A stretch of DNA of 64,000 bases, taken from assembly GCA_049840735.1 (NCBI GenBank), contig JASGJN010000016.1:11598-75597 (forward strand), written 5' to 3'. This stretch comes from Anaeromyxobacter sp. GTDB lineage: Bacteria > Myxococcota > Myxococcia > Myxococcales > Anaeromyxobacteraceae. Position 1 is the first letter of the stretch; each line of letters starts with the position of its first letter. This document shows, in pieces, positions 48,420-59,876 of the stretch. The notes under the pieces were generated by a model. It was given only the letters and a program-made list of their open reading frames with translations. It searched no databases and had not been told where the DNA came from. The translations under genes and the position numbers were made by a program.

Positions 48420-48961
48420 TCCGGATCGTCACCCTCGACAGGATCGACCCCGCCGACATGGCGTTCCTCACCCGGACGCTCTACCAGGCCTTCGGCCTGG
48501 GCACCGAGTTCGCGGGCGAGAAGGCCGCGCCGGCCGGCGTCGAGCGCAAGGACGGCCGGCTCGACGCGGTCAAGCTGCTGCGCGAGGTGGAGGGCATCCG
48601 CACCTACGCCGACGACCGCGTCCTCTACATCACGGCCGCGCCGCTGGCGCTGCCGGAGGGGCCGCTGGGCGAGCCGCCGTGCTGGGGCTTCGCCGACTAC
48701 GGCAAGGAGCGCGCGGTCATCTCCACGGCCCGCTTCCCGGCGCGCGGGGTGACCGAGTCCTCCGTCGAGGCCTGGCAGCGCCGGCTGGCGCGCGAGGCCA
48801 CCCACGCCATCGGGCACCTCTGGGACCTGCACCACTGCTACGACGCGCGCTGCGCCATGCATCCCTCGTGGTCCCCTGCCCTGCCGGCGCAGCCGGAGAT
48901 GGACCTGTGCACGTTCTGCCGCGACAAGAGCGAGCGCCGGATCCGGCTGGCCAAGACCTAG
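48416..48961 (+). CDS. carG: CarG-like zinc-binding protein (archaemetzincin-like, lacking catalytic Glu)
   Basis: HAIGHLWDLHHCYDARCAM...CTFC; GTGA overlap with carD. Confidence 0.82.
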   Translation: MIRIVTLDRIDPADMAFLTRTLYQAFGLGTEFAGEKAAPAGVERKDGRLDAVKLLREVEGIRTYADDRVLYITAAPLALPEGPLGEPPCWGFADYGKERAVISTARFPARGVTESSVEAWQRRLAREATHAIGHLWDLHHCYDARCAMHPSWSPALPAQPEMDLCTFCRDKSERRIRLAKT

Positions 48962-48968
48962 CCGCCCC

Positions 48969-49985
48969 GTGACGAGCCCCGAGCCGTCCGACCCGCCGAC
49001 CCCGCCAGGCCCCCGCGCGCTGCTGCGGCTCCTGGCGCGGCCGCTCCTCGCCCTGGCCCGCGCGCTGGCGGCGCTCGCCGCCTGGCCGTGGCGCCACCGC
49101 CCGCCGGCGGCGCGCGGGCTGGCCTGCGGGTTCGCCGGCCTGGTCCTGGCGCTGGGGCTCCTCGGCACGCTCTTCCCGCTGGTGCTGCGGAGCCTGCTCC
49201 CCTCCGCGCTGGACTGGGACGGCGCCGGCGCGCTGCTGGCCCGCGACGGCCGCCCCGGCGACGTGGTGGTGGTCTCGCCCCCCTGGGCTGAGCGGATCCG
49301 CCTGGAGGCGCCCGCCGCGCTGCCGGCGCTGAGCCAGCCCCGCTACGCCGGCGAGGCGCTGGCCGGCGTGCGCCGCGTCTGGCTGGTCTCGCTCCCGGAC
49401 GCCCCCGGCTTCAGCTGGGACCCCGAGCTCGACCTGCTGGAGCGCGCGGCCCGGAGCGCCCCGCCGCTGCAGCTGGGCGCGCTGCAGCTCACCCGCTACG
49501 ACCTGTCCTTCCCCGAGCGCCCGCTGGCGTTCCTCCCCGACCGGCTGGCCGGCGCCGTGGTGACCACCGGCGGCGAGCCCTGCCCGGCCGACGCCGCCGG
49601 GCGCTTCCGCTGCGGCGCGGCGCCGGGCCAGGGGCCGGGCTGGAGCGTCTGGCGTGCCATGCGCGAGGTGGAGGGCGTGCCCCGCCCCTGCCTGGTGGTG
49701 GAGGGGCCCGGCGCGGGCGAGGTGACCGTGGAGCTGCCCGACGTGCCGGTCGGGAAGGTGCTCCGCGGCCACGCCGGACCGCTGGGCCCGGCCTGGAGCG
49801 CCGGGGGGACCACCCGGCTCGAGCTGCTCGCCGACGGCGAGGCGCTGGGCGCGGCCGAGCTGCAGCCGGACGGCTGGCGCACCTTCCGGCTCGACACCAG
49901 CCGGTTCGCGGACGGGACGCACCGGCTGCAGCTCCGGCTGAGCCCGGCCCAGCCGCTCTGCGTCGAGGCGGTGACGCTCCCATGA
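48969..49985 (+). CDS. Hypothetical membrane-anchored protein
   Basis: N-terminal TM segment; operonic spacing. Confidence 0.6.
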   Translation: MTSPEPSDPPTPPGPRALLRLLARPLLALARALAALAAWPWRHRPPAARGLACGFAGLVLALGLLGTLFPLVLRSLLPSALDWDGAGALLARDGRPGDVVVVSPPWAERIRLEAPAALPALSQPRYAGEALAGVRRVWLVSLPDAPGFSWDPELDLLERAARSAPPLQLGALQLTRYDLSFPERPLAFLPDRLAGAVVTTGGEPCPADAAGRFRCGAAPGQGPGWSVWRAMREVEGVPRPCLVVEGPGAGEVTVELPDVPVGKVLRGHAGPLGPAWSAGGTTRLELLADGEALGAAELQPDGWRTFRLDTSRFADGTHRLQLRLSPAQPLCVEAVTLP

Positions 49986-51694
49986 TCGACCCCCTCCCCG
50001 GCGCCCTGCGCCAGCGCCTGGCCGTGCTCGGCGCGGGTCCGCGCCGCCTGGCGCTCCTCTGGGCGGCGCTGGTCTTCGCGCTGGCCGCCGCGCTGGGGGG
50101 CGGGCCCGGGATCTCCGCGGACGAGGCCGCCACCTTCTCGGCGGCCGTGCCTGCGCTGGGCGGCGGCGCCGCCGCGCCGGAGCTTGCGCCGCTGCCGGCC
50201 CTGCTGGCCCGGCTGTCCCACGCCGCGCTGGGCGGCCTCTCCCACCTCCACGCGCTGCGCCTGCCCGCCGCCGCCGCGGCCGCGCTCCTCGCCGCCGGCG
50301 TGGCCTTCCTGGCCCACCGGCTGGCCGGGCGCAGCGCCGCGCTGCTGGCGCCGGGGCTGGCCCTGCTGGCCCCGCGCCTGCTGCACGCCGCGCTCACCGC
50401 GCCGCAGGACGCGCTGGCCGCCGCGCTGGGGCTGGCCACGGTGATCGCCTACCGCCGCTCGGCGGCCGCGCCCACGGCGCTCCGGCGGCTGCAGGCCGGC
50501 GTGGCCACCGGCGTGCTCTTCGGCCTGGCCGTGGCGGCCCGGCTCGACGCCGCGCTCCTGCTGCCGGCGCTGGCGCTCCACGCGCTGCTGGCGCCGGCGC
50601 TCCGCCGCCGTCGCGCCGTGAACCGGGGCGAGCCGCCCCCGCCGCCGGCCCGTCCCTCCGCCTGGGGCCCGCACCCGCCGCGGACCGAGCCGCAGCACAC
50701 GCCGGTGGAGGCGCTGCGGGCCGTGACGCGCCCCGAGGTGCTGGAGGCCGGGCTGCGCGGCATCCCCTTCGCGCTGGCCGGGATGGTGGTGGCCGGCCCG
50801 CTGGTGGTGGCGCTGGCCTGGCCCTGGCTGCTGGGCGCGCCGCTCCACCCGCTGCAGCGCCCGCTGGCGGCGGTCGCCGCGCTGCGCGGCCTCCCCGCCG
50901 GCGCCGGGCTGGCCGCCCTGCTCCCGCACCCGCGGGCCTGGGGCGCGCCCGCGCTGGAGACCGCGCTGGCGCTCCCCGCCGCGCTGGGGCTGGCCTTCGC
51001 CGCGGGCCTCGTGCACGCCCTCTTCCGGCTGGTCCGCGCGGTGCGCGGCGCGCCCGGGGTGAGCGACGAGCTGCTGCTGCTCATCGCCGCGCTGGCGCCG
51101 CTGGCGTCGGCGCAGCTGGGGCTGTCGCCGCCCGGCCCCGGGCTCCGCCCCTGGCTCCTGTCCTTCCCGTTCCTGGCCGTGCTGGCCGCGCGCGCCACCG
51201 TCTCGGCCGCCCACCACGCCTGGCCGCGGCGGGCGGGCGCGCTCACGGCCGCGCTGACCGCGGGGCTGCTGCTGCCCTCGCTGGTCGCCGCGGTGCATGC
51301 CTGGCCGCACGGCGGCTCGGCCTGGGGCGAGCTGGCCGGCGGCGCGCCCGGCGCCGCCTCGGCGGGGCGGCCGCGGCAGGAGGGCGGCGAGGCGGCCGTG
51401 GCGCTGCTGCCGGAGCTGGCCGCACGCGCCCGCCCCGGCGCGCGCGTGGCGCTGGCCGGCGTGGCCCCCGCCGCCGCGCGGCTCTACGCGCTGGACGGCC
51501 GGCTGCGCCCGGACCTGGCGCTGGTGGAGCGCCCGGAGGAGGCGGATCTCGTGCTGGCGGCGCTGGACGGTCGCTCCCGCGACGCCGAGTACCAGGCGTG
51601 GTCGGCGCTCCAGACCGCCACGCCCGCCGCGGCCGCCTTCCTGGACGACGTGCCGCTGGCCTTCGTCTACGCGCGCCCCGGCGCCTGGCGCTGA
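49982..51694 (+). CDS. GT-C/PMT-like (family 39-like) membrane glycosyltransferase
   Basis: GISADEA after TM1, many TM helices, [16 protein letters not shown]. Confidence 0.6.
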   Translation: MIDPLPGALRQRLAVLGAGPRRLALLWAALVFALAAALGGGPGISADEAATFSAAVPALGGGAAAPELAPLPALLARLSHAALGGLSHLHALRLPAAAAAALLAAGVAFLAHRLAGRSAALLAPGLALLAPRLLHAALTAPQDALAAALGLATVIAYRRSAAAPTALRRLQAGVATGVLFGLAVAARLDAALLLPALALHALLAPALRRRRAVNRGEPPPPPARPSAWGPHPPRTEPQHTPVEALRAVTRPEVLEAGLRGIPFALAGMVVAGPLVVALAWPWLLGAPLHPLQRPLAAVAALRGLPAGAGLAALLPHPRAWGAPALETALALPAALGLAFAAGLVHALFRLVRAVRGAPGVSDELLLLIAALAPLASAQLGLSPPGPGLRPWLLSFPFLAVLAARATVSAAHHAWPRRAGALTAALTAGLLLPSLVAAVHAWPHGGSAWGELAGGAPGAASAGRPRQEGGEAAVALLPELAARARPGARVALAGVAPAAARLYALDGRLRPDLALVERPEEADLVLAALDGRSRDAEYQAWSALQTATPAAAAFLDDVPLAFVYARPGAWR

Positions 51695-51795
51695 GGCGCC
51701 CGCCGTCGCCGCGGAACCAGGAGCCGCGCGGCGCTCGCCCGTCCTTCTTGCGCCTTCGTTTCACCCTCGGTGGCCCGGCTCGCCCCCGACCGGAG

Positions 51796-51819
51796 CGTGA
51801 ACTCCTTGACGGACGTCAA
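51796..51819. promoter_or_regulatory. Overlapping Rex-like and FNR-like palindromes upstream of hoxE
   Basis: CGTGAA-ctcc-TTGACG (51796-51811) and TTGAC-ggac-GTCAA (51806-51819). Confidence 0.5.
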
Positions 51820-51922
51820 CGACCGCGGCGCCGGCGCGCGGGGCGCCGCGCACACGCTGCGTGCATCCCTACGTGTTTTCTGCGCGTGACCTTCTCGAAC
51901 GAGAGGTCGATGATTTCGGTCC

Positions 51923-52432
51923 ATGACGGCCACCGCGCAGACCATTCCCTCCCCGAAGGGCGACAAGGGCGGCGACAAGCGGCTGAAGATGCTGGACGCG
52001 GCCATGCGGCGCCAGCAGTACCAGCCGGACGCGCTGCTCGAGGTGCTGCACTCCGCGCAGGAGCTCTACGGGTTCCTCTCGCCCGAGGTGCTCAGGCACA
52101 TCGGGCGAAGCCTGAGGGTCCCGCCCTCGCGCGTGTTCGGGGTCGCCACCTTCTACAACCACTTCTCGCTCAAGCCGAAGGGCGAGCACACCTGCACCGT
52201 GTGCATGGGGACCGCCTGCTACGTGAAGGGCGCGGGCGAGATCCTCGAGACCTTGAAGAAGGACCTGGGGCTGCCCAAGGGCGGCACCACGCCCGACGGC
52301 AAGGTCTCGGTGGTGGTGGCCCGCTGCGTGGGCGCGTGCGGCATCGCGCCGGCGGTGGTCTACGACCAGGAGATCGTCGGTGGCCAGCAGCCGGACGCAG
52401 CCGTGACGCGCGTGAGGGGGTGGACGCGATGA
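51923..52432 (+). CDS. hoxE: Bidirectional [NiFe] hydrogenase diaphorase subunit HoxE
   Basis: [25 protein letters not shown]. Confidence 0.92.
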   Translation: MTATAQTIPSPKGDKGGDKRLKMLDAAMRRQQYQPDALLEVLHSAQELYGFLSPEVLRHIGRSLRVPPSRVFGVATFYNHFSLKPKGEHTCTVCMGTACYVKGAGEILETLKKDLGLPKGGTTPDGKVSVVVARCVGACGIAPAVVYDQEIVGGQQPDAAVTRVRGWTR

Positions 52433-54124
52433 ACCGGGAGGAGCTGGAGCAGCTGGCGGAGCGCCGCCGCGAGGCGCGCGAGAAGGCCCCCTGCCGCATC
52501 TCGGTGTGCGGCGGCCTGGGCTGCGACTCGGTGGGCGGCGAGGGCGTGCTGGAGCGCATCCGCGCCCGCATGCGGCTGCAGGGGCTGGACGCGGCCGAGG
52601 TGCACCTGACCGGCTGCCGCGGGCTGTGCCAGCGCGGCCCCATCGTCGAGGCGGAGTGGGGGCCGGCGGAGCAGCGGCAGCGCCACCTCTACCTGGACGT
52701 GGACGAGGCCACCGCCGACCGCATCGCGCTCTCCCACGCCTCGACCGGCAAGCCGCCGGCCGACCTGCCCTCGCACTCGGGCGACCCGTTCTTCACCAAG
52801 CAGACCAAGATCGTCCTGGCCAACGCGGGCGAGATCGACCCCGAGGACATCGAGAGCTGCATCGCGAACGGCGCGTACGGCGCGCTGGAGAAGGCGCTGA
52901 CCGAGATGACGCCGCAGGAGGTGATCACCCAGATCACCGAGAGCGGGCTGCGCGGCCGCGGGGGCGCCGGCTACCCCACCGGCCTCAAGTGGAGCACCGT
53001 CGCCAAGGCGGCCCGACGCCAAGAAGTACGTGGTCTGCAACGGCGACGAGGGCGACCCGGGCGCGTTCATGGACCGCTCGGTGCTGGAGGGCGATCCGCA
53101 CCAGGTGCTGGAGGGGATGGCGCTGGCCGCCTACGCCGTGGGGGCCGACCAGGGCTACGTCTACGTCCGCGCCGAGTACCCGCTGGCCATCAAGCGGCTG
53201 CGGGCCGCCATCAAGCAGGCGGAGAAGCTGCAGCTCCTGGGCAACCGGATCTTCGACACCGCCTTCAACTTCCGCGTGGACGTGCGCACCGGCGCCGGCG
53301 CGTTCGTCTGCGGCGAGGAGACCGCGCTCATCGCCTCCATCGAGGGGCGGCGCGGCACGCCGCGCCCGCGCCCGCCCTACCCGGCCGTCGCCGGCCTGTG
53401 GGGCGCGCCCACCCTCATCAACAACGTGGAGACGCTGGCCAACGTCCCGGCCATCGTGCGCAAGGGCGGGGCCTGGTTCTCGTCCATCGGCACGGCCAAG
53501 TCCAAGGGCACCAAGGTCTTCGCCCTGGCCGGCAAGATCCAGAACACCGGGCTCATCGAGGTCCCGATGGGCATGACGCTCCGCCAGATCATCTACGACA
53601 TCGGCGGCGGCATCCCGGGCGGCAAGCAGTTCAAGGCCGCCCAGACCGGCGGCCCCTCCGGCGGCTGCATCCCGGCCCAGTACCTCGACCTCCCGGTCGA
53701 CTACGAGTCGCTGCAGCAGGTGGGCACGATCATGGGCTCGGGCGGCCTGATCGTGATGGACGAGTCGAGCTGCATGGTCGATGTGGCCAAGTTCTTCATC
53801 GAGTTCTGCCGCGAGGAGTCCTGCGGCAAGTGCATCCCCTGCCGCGCCGGGACCGTGCACATCTTCGGCATCCTGGAGCGGATCACCCGCGGCCTGGGGA
53901 CCGTCGAGGACCTGGAGAAGCTGGAGGGGCTGGCCGACCTGCTGCGCAACACCAGCCTCTGCGGCCTGGGCCAGACCGCCCCCAACCCGGTGGTCTCGAC
54001 CATCCGCTACTTCCGCGAGGAGTACCTCGCGCACGTCGTCGAGCACCGCTGCCCGGCCGGCGTCTGCAACATGAGCGGCGTGGCCGCCCCGAAGGAAGCC
54101 GTCACCCTGGAGGCCAACGGATAG
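52429..54124 (+). CDS. hoxF: Diaphorase subunit HoxF (NuoF-like); frameshift near 53013
   Basis: [23 protein letters not shown]; next frame [39 protein letters not shown]. Confidence 0.92.
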
Positions 54125-54127
54125 GCC

Positions 54128-54844
54128 ATGACCGTCAAGACCCTGCTCCTGAACGGAAAGCCGGTCTCCGCCGCCGAGGACCAGACCATCCTGGACCTCT
54201 GCCGCGAGAACGGGGTGAAGCTGCCGACCCTCTGCCACGTCGACGGCCTCACCGACGTGGGCGCGTGCCGGCTGTGCCTGGTGGAGGTGAAGGGCTCGAA
54301 CAAGCTGCTCCCGGCCTGCACCACCAAGGCCGACGAGGGCATGGACGTCACCACCGACTCCGACCGGCTCCAGCGCTACCGCAGGCAGATCATGGAGCTG
54401 CTCTTCGCAGAGCGGAACCACGTCTGCGCGGTCTGCGTGGCCAACGGCACCTGCGAGCTGCAGGCCACCGCCATGTCGGTGGGGATGGACCACGTCCGCT
54501 TCGACTACCAGCACCCGCACACGCAGCTCGACGCCACCCACCCGCGCTTCATCCTCGACCACGCCCGCTGCATCCTCTGCACCCGGTGCGTGCGGGTCTG
54601 CGACGAGATCGAGGGCGCGCACACCTGGGACGTGGCCCACCGCGGCATCGCCGCCCGCGTCATCACCGACATGGCGCAGCCCTGGGGCGACTCGGACAGC
54701 TGCACCGGCTGCGGCAAGTGCGTGCGCATCTGCCCGACCGGCGCCCTCTTCGAGAAGGCCTTCGCCGCCACCGGGACCAAGAAGAACAAGGAGTTCCTCG
54801 TCTACATCAAGAACGCCCGCGAGAAGAAGCAGTGGTTCCGCTGA
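54128..54844 (+). CDS. hoxU: Diaphorase Fe-S subunit HoxU
   Basis: [39 protein letters not shown]. Confidence 0.94.
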   Translation: MTVKTLLLNGKPVSAAEDQTILDLCRENGVKLPTLCHVDGLTDVGACRLCLVEVKGSNKLLPACTTKADEGMDVTTDSDRLQRYRRQIMELLFAERNHVCAVCVANGTCELQATAMSVGMDHVRFDYQHPHTQLDATHPRFILDHARCILCTRCVRVCDEIEGAHTWDVAHRGIAARVITDMAQPWGDSDSCTGCGKCVRICPTGALFEKAFAATGTKKNKEFLVYIKNAREKKQWFR

Positions 54845-54875
54845 GCCACCGCCCTCGCCGCCAGGAGAACGCCCG

Positions 54876-55417
54876 ATGACGCGCCCGAGGATTGCCACGG
54901 TCTGGATGGCGGCTGCTCCGGCTGCCACATGTCCTTCCTGGACATGGACGAGCGGCTGGTGGAGCTGGCCGGCAAGATCGAGCTGGTCTACAGCCCCATC
55001 GCCGACCGGAAGCGCTTCCCCGACGACGTGGACGTCACGCTCGTCGAGGGGGCCATCTGCAACGAGGAGCACGTGGAGCTCATCCACGAGATCCGCAAGA
55101 AGACCAGGATACTGGTGGCCTTCGGCGACTGCGCGGTGACCGGCAACGTGACCGCCCTCCGCAACGTGCTCGGCCCGGCGCTCCCGGTGCTGCAGCGGGC
55201 GTACCTCGACCCGATGAACCTGAACCCCCCGCGCATCCCCGACGCGGCCGGCATCGTGCCCAAGCTGCTCGACCGGGTGGTCCCGCTCCACCACGAGGTC
55301 AAGGTGGACGCCTTCCTGCCGGGCTGCCCTCCGCACCCCGACCTCATCTTCGCGGCCCTCTCCGACGCCATCGGCGGCAAGGTCCCGGACTTCGCCGGCC
55401 GCGTCATCTTCGGGTGA
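54876..55417 (+). CDS. hoxY: [NiFe] hydrogenase small subunit HoxY; frameshift near 54908
   Basis: RIATVW then [11 protein letters not shown] in the adjacent frame; [14 protein letters not shown]. Confidence 0.9.
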
Positions 55418-55421
55418 AACC

Positions 55422-56844
55422 ATGAGCGAACGCATCGTCATCGACCCGGTCACGCGGATCGAGGGGCACGCCAAGATCACCATCCACCTGGACGACCAGG
55501 GGGCGGTCAAGGACGCCCGGTTCCACGTCACCGAGTTCCGCGGCTTCGAGAAGTTCTGCGAGGGGCGGAGCTTCCGCGAGATGCCGGTCATCACCGCGCG
55601 CATCTGCGGCATCTGCCCCATCTCGCACCTGATGGCCTCCGCCAAGGCCACCGACAACCTGCTGGCGGTCGAGATCCCGGAGACGGCCAAGAAGCTGCGC
55701 AAGCTGGTCAACCTGGGCCAGCTGGTCCAGTCGCACGCGCTCTCCTTCTTCCACCTCTCCTCGCCCGACTTCCTGCTCAGCTACGACGCCGAGCCCTCCC
55801 GCCGCAACATCCTGGCGCTGGCCGAGACCCACCCGCAGATCGCGCTCGACGGCATCCGGCTCCGCAAGTGGGGGCAGGAGATCATCGAGACCGTGGCCGG
55901 CAAGCGCATCCACCCGGCCTGGGCGGTGCCCGGCGGCGTGGCCCGCCCGCTCAGCGAGGAGGGCCGGCAGAAGATCATGGACGGCTACGCCGAGGCGCTG
56001 GCCATCGCGCAGCGCACGCTGGCCGCCTGGAAGCGGGTGCTCGACGCGCACCAGGAGGAGGCCCGCACCTTCGGCAACTTCCCCTCGCTCTTCATGGGCA
56101 TGGTGGACGAGGAGGGCGCGCTCGACCACACCTACGGCAAGCTCCGCTTCGTGGACGAGGGCGGCGAGATCGTGGCCGACCAGATCGACCCGGTCGACTA
56201 CGACAAGTGGATCGGCGAGGCGGTGGAGCCGGACTCGTACCTCAAGTCCCCCTACTTCCTGAAGCAGGGCTACCCCAACGGCATGTACCGGGTCGGCCCG
56301 CTGGCCCGCCTCAACGTGGCCAAGCGCTGCGGCACGCCGCTGGCGGACACCGAGCTGGCCGAGTTCCGGCAGCTGGGGCGCGGCGCGGTGCTCTCGTCGT
56401 TCCACTACCACTACGCCCGGCTGATCGAGAATCCTCTACGGCGTGGAGATGATCGGCGCGCTGCTCGACGGCTCGGACATCCTCTCCACCGACGTGTGCG
56501 CGCAGGCCATGCGCAACCGGACCCGCGGCGTGGGGGCCAGCGAGGCGCCGCGCGGCACCCTCTTCCACGACTACGAGGTGCAGCCGGGCGGCCTCCTCAC
56601 CCGCGTCAACCTGGTGATCGCCACCGGCCAGAACAACCTGGCCATGAACAAGACGGTGGCCCAGATCGCCCGCCACTTCGTGGACGGCCGCAAGCTCAAG
56701 GAGGGCATGCTCAACCGCGTCGAGGCCGGGATCCGCTGCTTCGACCCCTGCCTCTCCTGCTCGACGCACGCGGCAGGCAAGATGCCGATGCGGGTGGAGC
56801 TGGTCTCGCCGGACGGCGAGCTGCTCGACCACGCCGAGCGGTAG
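55422..56844 (+). CDS. hoxH: [NiFe] hydrogenase large subunit HoxH (group 3d); frameshift near 56430
   Basis: [15 protein letters not shown]; next frame [18 protein letters not shown] plus cleavable C-terminal extension. Confidence 0.93.
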
Positions 56845-56852
56845 GCGCGCGC

Positions 56853-57302
56853 ATGGCCCTCCTGGCGCTGGCCCTTGGGACGCCGCTCCGGGGCGACGAC
56901 GGCGCCGGGGCGGCCATGGCCCGCGGCCTGGCGGCGCTGCTGCCGGGGCTCGAGGTGATCGAGACCAGCGAGCTGTTGCCCGAGCACGCCGAGGCCGTCG
57001 CGCAGGCCGACGGCGTGCTCTTCCTCGACGCCTCCATCTCCGGCGCGCCGGGCGAGGTCCAGGCCACGCGCCTCGCGCCGCGCGTGGCCCGCGCCGCCAT
57101 CCTGCACGCGCTCATGCCGGAGGAGATCCTGGGGCTGGCCCAGAGCCTGTACGGCTGCGCGCCGCCGGCGGGCATGGTCACCATCGCCGGCCGGGAGTTC
57201 GGCTTCGGGGAGGCGCTCTCGGCCGAGGTCGAGGCCGCGCTCCCCGCCGCGCGCGAGCAGGCGCGCGCGCTGGCCGACGGGTTCGGCCAGGTGGGGCGCT
57301 GA
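56853..57302 (+). CDS. hoxW: Hydrogenase maturation protease
   Basis: [23 protein letters not shown]. Confidence 0.85.
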   Translation: MALLALALGTPLRGDDGAGAAMARGLAALLPGLEVIETSELLPEHAEAVAQADGVLFLDASISGAPGEVQATRLAPRVARAAILHALMPEEILGLAQSLYGCAPPAGMVTIAGREFGFGEALSAEVEAALPAAREQARALADGFGQVGR

Positions 57303-57454
57303 ACCACCCTGGGCCCACGCCGCGCGTCCGCGCTTCGAGGCGTCCGCCGCGGAGGGAGCGGCGCGCCCTGCCCCTGCGGCGGGACGCCTGTGCCGCTCCC
57401 CGGTGACGCCCCCACACGCCCTCCCCGCGGTACGCTCGCTCCCGGGGGATGCCC

Positions 57455-58045
57455 ATGAGAGCGCTGCTCGCCTGCCTCGTCCTGACGCTTGCGCTGCCCG
57501 CCCTGGCGGGCCCGTTCGGCCTGGAGAAGGGCATGACGGTGGCCGAGCTCCGCGCGGCCGGCGTCGAGCTGGAGGCCGACGGGGACCACTGGTGGCGCGC
57601 GCACACCGCCCCGCGCCCGCACCAGGCCTTCGACGCCTACCTCCTCCTGATCCACCCGGAGCACGGCCTCTGCAAGATCAGCGCGGCCAGCCGGGAGATC
57701 GAGATCGACGGCTCCGGCACCCAGGCGCGGGCGAGCTACGAGAAGCTGGAGCGGACCCTGACCGGCAAGTACGGCGCCGGCGAGGCCGTGGACAAGGTGG
57801 TGAAGGGGTCGCGCTGGAGGGCCGCGGGCCAGTGGGCCCGGGCGCTGGCCGAGGGGGACGCCCACCTGGCCCACCTCTGGTCGGAGCGCGGCGGCGATCA
57901 CATGCCGGACCGGCTCCAGTCGATCGTGCTGCGCGTCGAGTCGGTGGCCGAGGGCGAGGCCGTGGTGATCGTCAGCTACGAGTTCGACAACATCGCGGCC
58001 TGCACCGCCAAGGAGCCCCTGCCCACCGGGCTGCAGGAGCTCTGA
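57455..58045 (+). CDS. Hypothetical exported protein
   Basis: Signal peptide, then GPFGLEKGMT. Confidence 0.7.
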   Translation: MRALLACLVLTLALPALAGPFGLEKGMTVAELRAAGVELEADGDHWWRAHTAPRPHQAFDAYLLLIHPEHGLCKISAASREIEIDGSGTQARASYEKLERTLTGKYGAGEAVDKVVKGSRWRAAGQWARALAEGDAHLAHLWSERGGDHMPDRLQSIVLRVESVAEGEAVVIVSYEFDNIAACTAKEPLPTGLQEL

Positions 58046-58074
58046 GCCGCGCCGGCGCACGTCGGCTCCACCGC

Positions 58075-59256
58075 TCAGGTGAACGCGTCCAGCCCGGTGG
58101 CCGCCCGCCCCAGCGCGAGCGTGTGCACCTCGTGCGTGCCTTCGTAGGTGTAGACCGCCTCGAGGTTGGCCAGGTGGCGCATGGGCGGGTGATCGTCCAC
58201 CACGCCGTTCGCCCCCAGGAGCTCGCGGCAGGTGCGGGCCGCGTCGCGCGCCATGGCCACGTTGGCCCGCTTCGCCATCGAGACCTGCGCCGGGCTGGCG
58301 CCGCCCGCGTCCTCCAGCTCCGCCAGCCGCAGCGCCACCAGCTGCGCCTGCACGATCCCCTGCCAGACCTCGACCAGCTTCTCCTGCACCAGCTGGAAGG
58401 CGCCGATGGGCTTGCCGAACTGGACCCGGGTGCGGGCGTAGGCCCGCGCCGACTCGAAGCACGCCAGCGCCGCGCCCACCGCGCCCCAGGCGATCCCCAG
58501 CCGCGCCTTGTTGAGGCAGCCGAGCGGGGCCCGCAGCCCCAGCGGCGCGGTCCCGGGCAGGAGCGCCTCCGGCCCCACCCGCACGCCGTCCAGGTGGAGC
58601 TCGGAGGTGATCGAGGCCCGGAGCGCCAGCTTGCCCTCCACGTCACGCACCGTGAACCCCGGCGCCCCGCGCTCCACCAGGAAGCCGCGGATGGAGCGCG
58701 GATCGTCACCGGTGCGCGCCCAGATCAGCGCCACGTCCGCCAGCGAGCCGTTGGTGATCCAGGCCTTGCTGCCCGAGAGCCGCCAGCCGTCCCCGTCCGC
58801 CTCGGCCCAGGTGCGCAGCGAGGCGGGATCGGAGCCCGACTCCGGCTCGGTCAGGCCGAAGCAGCCGATGGCCTCGCCCCGCGCCATCCGCGGCAGCCAG
58901 CGCTCCCGCTGCGCCGGCGTGCCCCAGGCGTGGATGGGGTACATGCAGAGCGCGCCCTGGACCGACACGAAGGAGCGGAGGGCGGAGTCGCCCCGCTCCA
59001 GCTCCTGCATGGCGGCGCCGTAGGCGATGGCCGGCAGGCCGGCGCAGCCGTAGCCCTGCAGCGTGATGCCGAACAGCCCCAGCGCCGCCATCTCCGGCAC
59101 CAGCTCCAGCGGGAAGGTCCCGGCGCGGAAGTGGCGCACGATCACCGGCAGGCAGCGCTCGTCCACGAAGCGCGCCACCGCCCGCCGCACCAGGCGGGCC
59201 TCCTCCGGCAGGCGCTCCTCGACGCGGAACAGGTCGGCGGGGACGGGGTCGGGCAT
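58075..59256 (-). CDS. Acyl-CoA dehydrogenase (glutaryl-CoA dehydrogenase-like)
   Basis: GCFGLTEPESGSDP, GSKAWITN, QFGKPI, YTYEGTHEVH. Confidence 0.92.
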   Translation of the reverse strand: MPDPVPADLFRVEERLPEEARLVRRAVARFVDERCLPVIVRHFRAGTFPLELVPEMAALGLFGITLQGYGCAGLPAIAYGAAMQELERGDSALRSFVSVQGALCMYPIHAWGTPAQRERWLPRMARGEAIGCFGLTEPESGSDPASLRTWAEADGDGWRLSGSKAWITNGSLADVALIWARTGDDPRSIRGFLVERGAPGFTVRDVEGKLALRASITSELHLDGVRVGPEALLPGTAPLGLRAPLGCLNKARLGIAWGAVGAALACFESARAYARTRVQFGKPIGAFQLVQEKLVEVWQGIVQAQLVALRLAELEDAGGASPAQVSMAKRANVAMARDAARTCRELLGANGVVDDHPPMRHLANLEAVYTYEGTHEVHTLALGRAATGLDAFT

Positions 59257-59384
59257 GGTGGGTCGATCCTATCGCGGGGACGAGTCGCGTGCCGGTCCGG
59301 CCCCGATGGAGCATGATCTCGGCGTGGTCCCGCTCGATGGCCAAGCGCACGGTGCCCCACGGGTGAGCGCGGCCGTCGGCCCAG

Positions 59385-59807
59385 CTACCTGAGCGTCTGC
59401 TTCAGCTCGACCAGCCGCAGCACGTCCCGCACGCCTCGCCGAGGGCCGAAGGCCACCGAGACCGGGCGGAGCTTCCCCACCGACGCGGACTCACCTATCC
59501 CGGCCCTGCACCGCGCCGAGAGCTCGCTCGCCAGGAGGGACGCGGTCAGCCGGACCGGGAAGTAGAACGTGACCCGGAACCTGCCGCGCTCGGCCGCCAC
59601 CCAGCAGACGGTCTTCGACCTGCGCGAGACGTTGAGGAGCCAGCGCTTTCCGTCCGCGTAGAAGCGCCAGCGCTCGTGCAGCTCCGGGTGCGCCTCCCGC
59701 AAGGCCGAGAAGAGCGCGGTCCAGGCCGCCGCCGAGGGACCGAGCGCGGCGAGGAGGCCGTCTTCCACCGGCGGACGCGCCGGATCGGTGAAGTCCTGGG
59801 CCGTCAT
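59385..59807 (-). CDS. DUF3788-like hypothetical protein
   Basis: WRFYADGKRW, KTVCW, FRVTFYF, LVELK. Confidence 0.65.
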   Translation of the reverse strand: MTAQDFTDPARPPVEDGLLAALGPSAAAWTALFSALREAHPELHERWRFYADGKRWLLNVSRRSKTVCWVAAERGRFRVTFYFPVRLTASLLASELSARCRAGIGESASVGKLRPVSVAFGPRRGVRDVLRLVELKQTLR

Positions 59808-59876
59808 GGGCCGGGAGCTTTCCAGAAGTCGCGCCTCCCGTCACCCGGCGTCGTCAGTCCGAGGTAGGCTCCCTCC

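Noticed and set aside
56740..56770. [NiFeSe] hydrogenase
   Set aside because: C-terminal motif is DPCLSC with TGC codons; no in-frame UGA
52429..56844. Programmed frameshifting or pseudogenisation of hox genes
   Set aside because: No slippery heptamers; similar indels occur across unrelated genes, so sequencing error is the simpler explanation
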